Source: a virus
Taxonomy: Duplodnaviria > Caudoviricetes
DNA: 63,440 bases
Strand: one strand, 5' to 3'
Virus record (IMG/VR): IMGVR_UViG_3300017963_000286
Location: 1-63,440 of that record
The first letter of the stretch is position 1; each line of letters begins with the position of its first letter. The position numbers and the translations under genes are program-made. The notes under the pieces are model-generated. The model made no database searches and had not been told where the DNA came from. It saw nothing but the letters and a program-made list of their open reading frames with translations. Positions 47,841 to 56,779 of this stretch are shown here, piece by piece.

Positions 47841-48065
47841 TCAGTATTTGACGACCCATCCCGCGACGCCCCCGGTTCGATGGAATGTGCCGTGCGCGGC
47901 GCGATAATACGCCTGCCCGCCTGGCTCGCCGTTCTCGCCGAGAGCCTGGACGTATCCAAGTACGCCCCGTGCGGTCGCCTCGCAGACGGTCATCATGCAG
48001 GCGCGGAACATTGGGTTTTCTGTCTTAACTGGGTCCAGTTGAACGATCTCGCCGATTTGAATCAA
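47841..48065 (-). CDS. small hypothetical protein
   Basis: GEIVQLDP...GVLGYVQ. Confidence 0.55.
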   Translation of the reverse strand: MIQIGEIVQLDPVKTENPMFRACMMTVCEATARGVLGYVQALGENGEPGGQAYYRAAHGTFHRTGGVAGWVVKY

Positions 48066-48724
48066 GGGTAGGTCCTTCCTGAACGAGAAGTGATGGGCAC
48101 GTCTCTAGTGACAAAAGATCCGCAGCGCAAGCAGCGGGAATGAAAGACAAGGTATCCGGGGCCAGGCTTGACTGCCATAAGGTCGAGGCCGCCCGCATGA
48201 ACGCAGAGAGCACGGCGGATGACGCCAATCAGTATTTTGAGAAAGGTCACGGCATCCATCCCTTGGCGCGAGCGACCTGGCGGGGTCTCGGTCTCGGCGT
48301 CACATCCACAGCTTCGAAATATTCATCAGCCCGATGCTCGGGATCACGCGCATTGATGATCGAGGCATAGGCCGCGATGTCGTCCAAAAGCTCTTGGCTC
48401 GGAACACGACCGTCATCGCGCATAGCGCACAGCAAGCGATGCTGGTCACGGACGACCGCAATAGAAACCAGCTCCACCTGGCGCTCGCCTAGCCATTGGT
48501 CATTCAAGGTCATCACTACGTCTGCGGCATTCGGGTCACCAATGTTGCGGGTCACAAGGAGCCCTCCCAGGGGTCCGACTCGCGCTTCGGCTCCCAATCT
48601 TCAACGTCCAGATCCTCGACCTCCGGGTGTGTGGCCTCGGCGGCAAACCGAATCCATTCTCCCCCCCTCGACGGACTTCGCACCCAGCCCTCAAAAGCCT
48701 GCTTGCGCGCCTCTACCAAATTCA

Positions 48725-49009
48725 TCACCGCTTCCTCCATTTGATAAGACCGTTTTCCCGCGCCCACACGATGTATGGCAGCTGCTCGCCGTAGGTATCG
48801 TAGAACCCCCGACACATCACATTCCCCCACTCGTGACAGGTGAAGTGCCTACCGCTGGCCAAAGCCGCAAGCGCCTTACGCTCACCGTAATCCCACGGGA
48901 CATGAGGGCGAGCGCCGAAAAGACATCGACCGCACGACCGCTCACACACGTTCAGGCCATCGTTGGGGGCCTCGGGGCGCGCCTCGACAGGGCTAAGCTC
49001 GTCACCCAC
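48725..49009 (-). CDS. small Cys/His protein
   Basis: CGRCLF...FTCHE...CRGF. Confidence 0.55.
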   Translation of the reverse strand: MGDELSPVEARPEAPNDGLNVCERSCGRCLFGARPHVPWDYGERKALAALASGRHFTCHEWGNVMCRGFYDTYGEQLPYIVWARENGLIKWRKR

Positions 49010-49876
49010 GGGCGATCACCTCAGCTTGAGCCATTACTTCCGAGAGTGTCACGTCGCGAGACCGCAACTCCGCTTTCACCCAGTTGCCGAGAGTCAGGAC
49101 GCCCATCCCCATAGAAAGCTCACGAACCTTCTTGCGGACGTCCGCGTTCGAGAAAATGCCGTCTATGATCTCGCGATCACTATAGTCCCCGCGCACGAAA
49201 ACCATCTTGAAGCTCACTGCACATTCCTCCGGTCCACCAGTTGATAGCCGAGTTTTGCGAACGCCCTCTGCAGCATTGCCAACGAAACCTCGGAGACGAT
49301 CTTGACCGCCCCGGTAGCTCCGTCCGTCATGTCAAACGCAAACGACGCCCCTCCCATAGCCCCGTCGGCTTTGTGATGAAGCCCGGTGATCACCGATATC
49401 AGATATGGGCCTTCGCCGAGATCGATCTTCTCGACGCCCCAATCACGAACCTCGAGATCGCTGATTACTCTGGCCACACACCCCTCCCGATTTTTGATTT
49501 TCGAGGCGAAAACTAGAATCTTTGGGGGGAAAAAGAAAGGCCGACGTGCCGCATCGGGCGCGCCGGCCATAACTATCTAACATGTTTCACTTCAGTGAGG
49601 ACCCCGACGGCTCATATGACTCGCCTGGATCCTCTTCCAGCGCCGGTTCGTCCATCCATGCGTCGGGATCCGTACCAGTCGCCGTACCAGTCGCCGTCGC
49701 CGTGTCGGTCGCGGTCTCCGATGACATTGGCGCCGCGCCGACCGCATCCTTAACCTTCGCTTCGTAAACCAATACAAGAATCGCGAGCAAGGGCAGCAGA
49801 ATCATGAGCAGGATCTTCGCCAACTTCATACCAGCTCTCCCTATGGTGAATCGGGAAGCGAAATGCTCGCCCGAAA

Positions 49877-50032
49877 TCATTTGCGCTTCGCTGATCGAGG
49901 CAGGAGCGGTCTGACGTAGCGTCTAACTGGCTCGCGCTCGCCGCCGCACTGGCAGACGCCGCAGGTGCGGCACTTGTCGCAGCCCTTGCATATCTCACAG
50001 CAGTACTGGCGGAAGGTCGGCGGGAGAGTCAC
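49877..50032 (-). CDS. 51-aa Cys-rich peptide (MTLPPTFRQYCCEICKGCDKCRTCGVCQCGG...)
   Basis: Below the ORF-track cutoff; GTGA overlap with an upstream stop; 8 Cys. Confidence 0.5.
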   Translation of the reverse strand: MTLPPTFRQYCCEICKGCDKCRTCGVCQCGGEREPVRRYVRPLLPRSAKRK

Positions 50033-50268
50033 GGGCGATCAGGACCATGCTCGGGGCGCCATTTGTCAGCCCGTTTGACTGCAATCACTTCCTCTTCCTC
50101 TTCCTTTGACGGCGGCGGCACGCCTTCGCGTCGATGCACGACACCGGGGACCGATGATGAATCGATCCCTCTATATTCAACTCGCCGGGTGGGCGAGTGC
50201 ATCCGCACCGAACGCAAACCTTGTCCGGCCAAAGTATCCCGTGGTCCACGTTAACGCTATGGCTCACT

Positions 50269-50571
50269 TCACCAACTCCGCCGATTAATAGCCGACTCGA
50301 GAAGGACGAGGCACGAGGTCGCGACCTTTTGAACCTCAACCCTCAAGCGCTCAACCTCACAGATGAGCTCGGTCACGTCCTCGCGGGCATTAGCGACGAA
50401 GGCCGCGTTCTCGTGCATCCCGGCGTAATGTGTCGTCCGCATCAAAATACCACCATCGTCGTTCATGATATACGGAACGTCCATCGTCGAGGCCGGCTCA
50501 CCGACATGCCACGGGCCGGCCGTCGCGTTCGCGCATCGCATCTTGATTTCGTTCAAGCGATTAGGATTCAT
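50269..50571 (-). CDS. Ead/Ea22-like phage protein
   Basis: ATAGPW...NAAFVANAREDV..LI.EVERLR. Confidence 0.65.
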   Translation of the reverse strand: MNPNRLNEIKMRCANATAGPWHVGEPASTMDVPYIMNDDGGILMRTTHYAGMHENAAFVANAREDVTELICEVERLRVEVQKVATSCLVLLESAINRRSW

Positions 50572-50906
50572 TCGGCAGCCTCAAAGGTCGAGCCATTCTT
50601 TAGCCGCTCGCGCACAACAGCGCGATAGACCTCGCGCCAGTTTTTGTACCATCGATCCACTAGATCCATGAACTTGTTCATAGGGAGACTGGCCGCTGCC
50701 TCGTTTTCTCGCTCGATGGCGCCGAGATAGAACCGGCTTGCCGGTCCTTCGATGGCCCACATCAATTCCTCGCGAGAAGGGCTCACCTCGGCGTGCATCT
50801 TGGTGAGCGCCGCGTAGGCGTCGTCAACAAGGCGGTACTTGTCGGCCAGGTCGATAGGGTCACTCATATCGACCGCCCGTCGATGATCGCTAGAAGCCGC
50901 CGACAC
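50568..50906 (-). CDS. hypothetical protein
   Basis: Coupled ORF. Confidence 0.45.
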   Translation of the reverse strand: MSAASSDHRRAVDMSDPIDLADKYRLVDDAYAALTKMHAEVSPSREELMWAIEGPASRFYLGAIERENEAAASLPMNKFMDLVDRWYKNWREVYRAVVRERLKNGSTFEAAE

Positions 50907-51241
50907 TTCACCTCGTCGAACATCGCGATATGCGCCTCGTCTTCGTCGAGCTCAAGGGCCTCGCGCATCCATCGGTACGCCTCCTTGCGCTTCATGCGCC
51001 CGGTCCGCCAAATGGGATCGAAGGCCGCATGACACACCTTGCGAAGCCATCGGAGCTCGCCATTCGCGAGCGATCCGAGCGGCTTGGTCGTGCCGCGATG
51101 CGTCCCCACGTAAGCATTGCAAGTCGGATAGTTGCCGCAGATATAGACAGGGCCATAGCTGACCCCGCCATAAATCACCGCGCTGTCTCTCAGAACAGAA
51201 CGGGCACCGCAATATCCGCAGATGGGGGCTTCGTCGCTCAT
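50864..51241 (-). CDS. DUF3268 zinc-finger protein
   Basis: CGYCG...CNAYVGTH...PLGSLAN..LR..R...HAAFDPIW. Confidence 0.8.
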   Translation of the reverse strand: MSDEAPICGYCGARSVLRDSAVIYGGVSYGPVYICGNYPTCNAYVGTHRGTTKPLGSLANGELRWLRKVCHAAFDPIWRTGRMKRKEAYRWMREALELDEDEAHIAMFDEVKCRRLLAIIDGRSI

Positions 51242-51482
51242 TCGCCGACCTCCTCCACCTCCTTGGGCTCCTCGATCCGGTCGGCAATGATCCTGAAGAT
51301 CGCAACGGCAAGGTCGGCGTCGACGCTTCTGCGCACGAGATATTCAATCCCCGAGGCAAGAACGGCGCGATCCTCGAGCCAGTCCGCGCTCGGGATCAGC
51401 AGGCGCTGGCTCGCCATCCACTTCGTGATCCGGAGCGAGTAGTCCGCGATCACGCCTCGGTCCTCGATTGTAAAGGAACGCT

Positions 51483-51860
51483 TCACCATTGCGTCACCTC
51501 CACCCACGCTTTCGCGTCCCATCGCCGTCGACCGAGCCCGACGATCTCTTGGGGGTCGATGAGCGTCACTTTGCGAAACCGCCGCTCTTGAGCGTGGGAC
51601 GTACGCAAAGGCGCGTGCGGGTCTTCATTGCCGGAAAGCGACTGCCAATCCCCAGGCTCGACTTCGAAGAAGGAATAGATTCGTTCCGGGTGGGAGGCGG
51701 CAGGAGGCAGCCGATCATCAACCTGAATGTCGAGAGCGCCGGCAATCCTTGCCAACGCCTTGATCTCGTCCTTGCTCCCAACGAAAACCCGAATACCGTC
51801 CGCGAACGCGCGTTCGCCATCAATCAAATGCTCCGTCTCAGTCACTGGCACCTCGTGCAC
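51483..51860 (-). CDS. hypothetical protein
   Basis: Coupled ORF. Confidence 0.5.
   Translation of the reverse strand: MHEVPVTETEHLIDGERAFADGIRVFVGSKDEIKALARIAGALDIQVDDRLPPAASHPERIYSFFEVEPGDWQSLSGNEDPHAPLRTSHAQERRFRKVTLIDPQEIVGLGRRRWDAKAWVEVTQW
51802..51817. repeat. dispersed palindrome copy GCGAACGCGCGTTCGC (perfect)
   Basis: In CDS (ERAF), about 43 nt after the start. Confidence 0.9.
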
Positions 51861-52105
51861 TCTTCAATTGTGGGTTTGTTATGATCGCCACGGTATCTCC
51901 ACCATTGCGCTAACTCAATGCCAATCAAAATAAGCCAGTTGGCGGCGAGGGGCCACAGAGCGTAGTGCCAGGTGTAGACCAGCTTCACGACGCATCCGAC
52001 CAGGCCCAACAGGTGGAGGAGGCCGCGATCCTTGACCAGGAAGCTGGCAAGGAAGATCGACGTGCCCGTCCATCCCAGGGCAGTCCACATGGCTTCCGTC
52101 ATCAT
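51842..52105 (-). CDS. small 3-TM membrane protein (YgjV/PQ-loop-like)
   Basis: Three hydrophobic segments. Confidence 0.55.
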   Translation of the reverse strand: MMTEAMWTALGWTGTSIFLASFLVKDRGLLHLLGLVGCVVKLVYTWHYALWPLAANWLILIGIELAQWWRYRGDHNKPTIEECTRCQ

Positions 52106-52680
52106 TTGGCAAACACCACCACCCAAAAATTATTGAGGACCGCTCCTCCCATGACGCGATTGTTTGGCTCGAGCATCGCCGCCCGGTGGGGCGGACTGTT
52201 CAGCCAGCCGATGACCGCTGACTCTGGGCTCCGATGCCCGCAGGCGAGGATCTCGCTCCCGGCGCCAATCCGGAATCCACAGGTCGACGCGCGCTGGACA
52301 AAGTTCGACCCGTCCGACCCCGTGTGGCTACACGACCTCGAGGCGCCCACGTCCGAAGCGTGGCGGTCCGCCGCGCAGGCCAGCTGGTCGTCGATGGGAA
52401 TCAGAGGCAGGGCATGCTTCGCGCGCTCGAGGTTGATCGCCACATAGAGGCGCTCCAGATCTCCGAGGGGCACTGGGACATCCGGCTCCGGCGATTGATC
52501 GCCGTCACCCGGTTCGCCGCCTTCCGAGGGCGGAGCCTGGCCCTCAGGCTGGGGCTGCGGTTCGCCGCCCCGGTCGTCGCTACAAGCGGTCACGATGAAC
52601 GCGGCCAAGAGTAAGTAGATGAATCTATCGAAAACGATAGATCTGCCTACCGCCAAAAGCGCCCTCCCCTTTAGCATCAC
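52102..52680 (-). CDS. CAP/SCP-domain lipoprotein
   Basis: Lipobox-like IVTAC; AADRHASD, SHTGSDG, WLNSPPHRAAML. Confidence 0.85.
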   Translation of the reverse strand: MMLKGRALLAVGRSIVFDRFIYLLLAAFIVTACSDDRGGEPQPQPEGQAPPSEGGEPGDGDQSPEPDVPVPLGDLERLYVAINLERAKHALPLIPIDDQLACAADRHASDVGASRSCSHTGSDGSNFVQRASTCGFRIGAGSEILACGHRSPESAVIGWLNSPPHRAAMLEPNNRVMGGAVLNNFWVVVFAK

Positions 52681-52995
52681 CGTTCCCCCTTTCCCTCACG
52701 TCCTAAGCAACCCCACCATGGCCGACACTATGACGGCCAAGGATAAAGTCTGGTTTGTGTCCGCGCCCAACGATCGCGCGAAGTGCGCCGCTCCGAACAC
52801 GGCGGCGGCCGAGAAGAGGATCGCGATGGTCCGGCCAATCAAATAGAGGACCGTCGGTCGAGCGTAGGTGTCGGTTGTTCTGTGCGCCGAGGGCGGGGGC
52901 GACGATAGCTGCATGGACGGGCTCCTCCAGCGAACTAGCTGCGCGCTCGGAGCTAGGAGCCCGGGGCGCCTAGTCCGTTGGGAGAATCATAGGGA

Positions 52996-53295
52996 TCACT
53001 GCTTCGAGAGAAAGAGGGCGAAGGCTTCGTCGAATTCTTCTTGTCGGAGATCGCGTCCGGTCGCTAACCACCGATCAATCACTGAGCGGATCAGAGCTAT
53101 GGCGCCCAGGCTCCGGTTGAAGCCTTCAAGGCGGAAGAGAACTCGGCGTTTCTTGAAGTCGGACCCGAAGATTTGCACCTGATAGTTGCCGATCTCAGAG
53201 GTGCCGCTGAGGTCATTATATATAAGGAAGCGCGCGATGTTGTAGCGGGCCTTGCGAGAGCCGGACGGGAGAACCCTAATGGTCAGCTCAAGCAT
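52996..53295 (-). CDS. hypothetical protein
   Basis: Plausible phage ORF. Confidence 0.5.
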   Translation of the reverse strand: MLELTIRVLPSGSRKARYNIARFLIYNDLSGTSEIGNYQVQIFGSDFKKRRVLFRLEGFNRSLGAIALIRSVIDRWLATGRDLRQEEFDEAFALFLSKQ

Positions 53296-53774
53296 AGGCC
53301 ACTCTAGTCATCCAAGGAGTAGCTGCCTTGAGCCCTTACTCTCCTGGACCTTTGGGGATGGCGCGGCTTCGTCGCCGTTGAGCGGCTTGCCTTCCGCTGC
53401 CTTGGTCGTTTGCTTTGCGATGGCTTCGCCTTCGTCTTTTGGATCTTTGTCATCCATGACTTCGCACAAGCGCTTGGAATCCATGGTGTCCTCCGGACTT
53501 GTTGTCGGCGCCATCACAAACTTTCAGGGAAAGCGGTCCTGCAATGATACCACGCCTCGGCTTTCCGACACCAAGAAAAACGCCCGTTGTTTTCTTGAAA
53601 ACATCAAGAGAAACAAGGGCGTGTAACAAGGGACGCGGCCGACCCTCTGGGCGGGAATCTAATGTGCGGCTCGTGAATTTCACGTGGCCGTGGGTGAGAT
53701 TTCAAGGGGCGGGTAGACTAGGACGGCTTTCCGATCGACGGGAAGGAAGGGTCGTGCCGCGATGTTTGTCGTGG

Positions 53775-54191
53775 TTAGGTCTCCTGGATCGACACGGCAG
53801 CGGAGCGATCGAGACGAGCGCGCTCAACGGGCGTTAAGCGCCGAGCTGCGGCCCACCCCCTATCGACGAACCATTGATACAGCTTCCGGACCGCCGACAG
53901 GCGGATGGCGATAAACTGGGCTCCAGGGGGGTAATCATTGCGCTCGACGAAGAGGGTCATGTGCTGAGCAATGATGCTGCCCTCGCGCATCTGCCCGATC
54001 CCAACGCTGAGGTTTTTGATCGTCGTCACGTAGAGGGGGATGAAGGCGCGACGGATTCGGTCGTACTCGCCTCGGCGCTCTTCGTCTGTCCAGCGTTCTG
54101 CTGAGGGGACCTGGACGACCGGCGATCCCTTCCGGACATTGGTTTGAGCGCTGCTGAACATTGTTGATTCTCCCGTGGCTAGGCCGCGCAT
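53775..54191 (-). CDS. hypothetical protein
   Basis: Plausible ORF. Confidence 0.45.
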   Translation of the reverse strand: MRGLATGESTMFSSAQTNVRKGSPVVQVPSAERWTDEERRGEYDRIRRAFIPLYVTTIKNLSVGIGQMREGSIIAQHMTLFVERNDYPPGAQFIAIRLSAVRKLYQWFVDRGWAAARRLTPVERARLDRSAAVSIQET

Positions 54192-54370
54192 CTTGCCCTA
54201 AACGGGGAAAAAAGAAAGCCGAAAATCGGTGAGTTGAAGCGAAAATCAAGGATCACGATCGTCGTCGTCATCCCGTGTGATAACGATAAATACCAATATC
54301 ATTAAGAGCATAGCCGACATGCTGGCGATTTGATGCCAGGCAATGTCGAGAATGAGCTCACCTGCATTTG

Positions 54371-55999
54371 TCAAACCACCTCGGCCTCCCCGGTCGCGAC
54401 CGGCGCCCAGGGGACCAGCCCTGCCTCGATCGCCTCGCTGCGATAGTTCCCGGACGCATCTTTGATCCCGCTCAGTCGCATAAAAGCCTCCCTTACTTGC
54501 GCAGGGACCACGGCGTTACCAAGCGCCCGAATCTGCTCCACTCGAGAAGGGAACCCTGTCACTGTGCGCGGCACATCAGGCCACTCACTCCACCACACGT
54601 CACCTACGGCAGCTGCGACGACAAGCCAGTCCTGGTGCGCTGACCCAAGAGAATCCCAGATGTTTTCAAGAGGCGTTGGGTGCTTAGCGAACGAAGAAGC
54701 AAAAGCATCGTCGAGGCGATGCGCGGGGCTCATCGACTGAATCGCGTGGTGCGACCGTGCGTAAGTAAAGTATGCCACAATTTGCACAGCGATGCCAAAC
54801 GGAAGCGAGCCCTCCTGATACCCCCCGTCAAGCTTGACCCCTGACAAGCTTGACCCCTGACAGCGGTGCTCATGAACAGCCCTAAGAATCGCCTCAGGAG
54901 AAAGGGTGGCTACGACTTCTTGATCTTGCGAACGGCCTTCTTCGCCGCCAGCCAAGCGTTCCATCCCATCGTGTCGAGCTCGGTCCAGCCCGCCGGAAAG
55001 TTCATGAGCCAGCAGACGAACGTCGGATTGAGTACCCTCGGCTTCTTCTGAAACTCGCCCGGCGGCAGGGGCCACGGGTCCTTCTTCAGGACGTGCTCGT
55101 TGAGCGGCGCCCCGCCCTGCCTCGAGTAGCTCTCTTCGGTCGCCGTCACTCCCGAGCGGTGATCGCGCGAGGTCGGGGTCGGGAAGATCTCCCCCGCTGC
55201 CCTGGCGGCATCGGTCAGCGTCGTCCCCGGATGCATGATTCCCGTCGTCGTCGTGTGTCGACCCGAACTCTTGGCGTCGGTCGAGGTCGGGGTCGGCCAC
55301 ATGCCGATGCCGGTCGACGTCACCGTGCAAGGTATGGGCGAGTATTCGACGCGCGAGTTCGGCCAGAGATCCTTTGACGCCATCGTGTCGAGGGAGACGA
55401 CCTGGCGCTGCGTGCCCTTCCTGATCCCGTTGCCGCCCGTCCCGTAGCGAGCGGCGGTCGGCGTCGGAAGCAGCGGCTGGCCCGATTCGGTGTGCGTGGG
55501 CAAGTAAGAACCACCTGTCACGGATATGCGGCGATGCCACATCTGCAGCGGCCAAACAATCCCATCGACAGTCATACCCGAGCGCGGCCAGCTCTTTGAC
55601 CACTCGCTCTCCGCCACGGGTCCTAATCGCCGCGACATTTTCAAGGAAGACGAAGCTCGGCCTGACTTCGTCAACGAGCCTGAGTATCTCGAAAAAAAGC
55701 CTGCTTCGCTTCCCTTCCAAACCAGCTTGAACGCCTGCGGAGGAGATATCTTGACATGGAAATCCCCCAAAGATGATCTCAGGCCGCTCTGGCAACTCTC
55801 TGCCTTGGAGTGTGGAGACGTCATCCCAGATTGGCGCGGGGTCGAGCCTGCCATCGCGCATTCTCGACAAAAGCACCTGTCTGCAGAATGAGTCGATGTC
55901 GCAATATGCGACCGTTCGGACCCATGGCCGCAATGCGACAGCGATTCCGCCGATCCCCGAAAAGAGGTCCAACCCGGGCATCCTTCGGGAAATATCCAT
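54371..55999 (-). CDS. C5 cytosine DNA methyltransferase, main frame (motifs I-VIII and X)
   Basis: LDLFSGIGG, GGFPCQ, FLENV, PHIRDRWF, RALGNAVVP. Confidence 0.9.
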   Translation of the reverse strand: MDISRRMPGLDLFSGIGGIAVALRPWVRTVAYCDIDSFCRQVLLSRMRDGRLDPAPIWDDVSTLQGRELPERPEIIFGGFPCQDISSAGVQAGLEGKRSRLFFEILRLVDEVRPSFVFLENVAAIRTRGGERVVKELAALGYDCRWDCLAAADVASPHIRDRWFLLAHAHRIGPAAASDADRRSLRDGRQRDQEGHAAPGRLPRHDGVKGSLAELARRILAHTLHGDVDRHRHVADPDLDRRQEFGSTHDDDGNHASGDDADRCRQGSGGDLPDPDLARSPLGSDGDRRELLEAGRGAAQRARPEEGPVAPAAGRVSEEAEGTQSDVRLLAHELSGGLDRARHDGMERLAGGEEGRSQDQEVVATLSPEAILRAVHEHRCQGSSLSGVKLDGGYQEGSLPFGIAVQIVAYFTYARSHHAIQSMSPAHRLDDAFASSFAKHPTPLENIWDSLGSAHQDWLVVAAAVGDVWWSEWPDVPRTVTGFPSRVEQIRALGNAVVPAQVREAFMRLSGIKDASGNYRSEAIEAGLVPWAPVATGEAEVV

Positions 56000-56004
56000 G
56001 TCAT
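54910..56004 (-). CDS. nested alternative-frame polypeptide with PTP repeats and a motif IX-like segment (beta-subunit candidate)
   Basis: Same-strand overlapping ORF; four PT(P/H)T repeats; LNPTFVCWLMNFPAGWT. Confidence 0.65.
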   Translation of the reverse strand: MTWIFPEGCPGWTSFRGSAESLSHCGHGSERSHIATSTHSADRCFCRECAMAGSTPRQSGMTSPHSKAESCQSGLRSSLGDFHVKISPPQAFKLVWKGSEAGFFSRYSGSLTKSGRASSSLKMSRRLGPVAESEWSKSWPRSGMTVDGIVWPLQMWHRRISVTGGSYLPTHTESGQPLLPTPTAARYGTGGNGIRKGTQRQVVSLDTMASKDLWPNSRVEYSPIPCTVTSTGIGMWPTPTSTDAKSSGRHTTTTGIMHPGTTLTDAARAAGEIFPTPTSRDHRSGVTATEESYSRQGGAPLNEHVLKKDPWPLPPGEFQKKPRVLNPTFVCWLMNFPAGWTELDTMGWNAWLAAKKAVRKIKKS

Positions 56005-56633
56005 TGAACCCCTCTCGACGCGTGATGGACCGCGATGCGGCGCAGCCAATCGATCCATTTATCAAGCGGCATGTCCCGCTTCAGAAAATTACAGGTCTTG
56101 CAGCAAGGTACGCAGTTTCCTTCGACGTAACCCAAAGCGTTGTCTTGCCTGTCAATTCCGTTTATTCCCTCTCGCGCGCCGCAATATTCGCAAGCTCCTC
56201 GCACTAGCTCAGCGAAAAGATCAAACGAAAGGTCAAATGACCGTCCGCGCTTGGGAGCCTCTTTGCGATACTGCCGAAATCGCAAACGTACCTTAGCTTC
56301 GTCGCCAAGAAGTTTTCGCGGATTTGGTAAGCAGCCGCACGACCTTGTATTACCTGATCTGAGATTGGTGCTTCGAATGGCCGCCCTGTTGCCGCAATCA
56401 CAAGCGCACAGCCATTTGAACACTCCCGATGAGTCGGGAGCAGACGGCTCTAATGCTGTCAATCGCCCAAATCTCTGCCCTGTGATGTCTATATACGGCT
56501 TGACCTTCCTGGGCTCTCGTTGGCGATCCTTGTTAGCGGCACGATAAGCAGCTCGCGTATCCTTAACACGGTCCTTATTCCGCTCCCTCCACGAGCGCAC
56601 GGCAGCCGCTTTATCCTCTCTCGTTTTCGTCAA
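56001..56633 (-). CDS. HNH homing endonuclease-like protein
   Basis: GQRFGRLT...WLCACDCG...SCGC; CEYCG..GIDRQDN..GY..GNCVPCC..CN. Confidence 0.85.
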   Translation of the reverse strand: MTKTREDKAAAVRSWRERNKDRVKDTRAAYRAANKDRQREPRKVKPYIDITGQRFGRLTALEPSAPDSSGVFKWLCACDCGNRAAIRSTNLRSGNTRSCGCLPNPRKLLGDEAKVRLRFRQYRKEAPKRGRSFDLSFDLFAELVRGACEYCGAREGINGIDRQDNALGYVEGNCVPCCKTCNFLKRDMPLDKWIDWLRRIAVHHASRGVQ

Positions 56634-56658
56634 CTTACAACCGCTCCCGTCTCAGCGT

Positions 56659-56674
56659 GCGAACGCGCGTTCAC
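56659..56674. repeat. dispersed palindrome copy GCGAACGCGCGTTCAC
   Basis: Intergenic between the tRNA 3' end and the HNH start. Confidence 0.9.
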
Positions 56675-56680
56675 ATGGAG

Positions 56681-56766
56681 AGATGCGGGCTGGATTCGAA
56701 CCAGCGATAGAGCAAGCGCTCGCGGGCTTTGCAAACCCGCCCCTTCGGCCGCTCGGGCACCGCATC
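56681..56766 (-). tRNA. tRNA-Cys(GCA) with long variable arm (86 nt)
   Basis: Acceptor GATGCGG/CCGCATC, U73, D-arm CCC..GGG, anticodon arm CGGGT-TTGCAAA-GCCCG, T-arm GCTGG-TTCGAAT-CCAGC. Confidence 0.88.
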
Positions 56767-56779
56767 AGCCATCAGTCAT

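Noticed and set aside
53763-53775. 13-bp match TGTTTGTCGTGGT to the promoter region near 17608-17620 (opposite strand)
   Set aside because: Only two copies, in inconsistent orientation relative to genes; plausibly chance.
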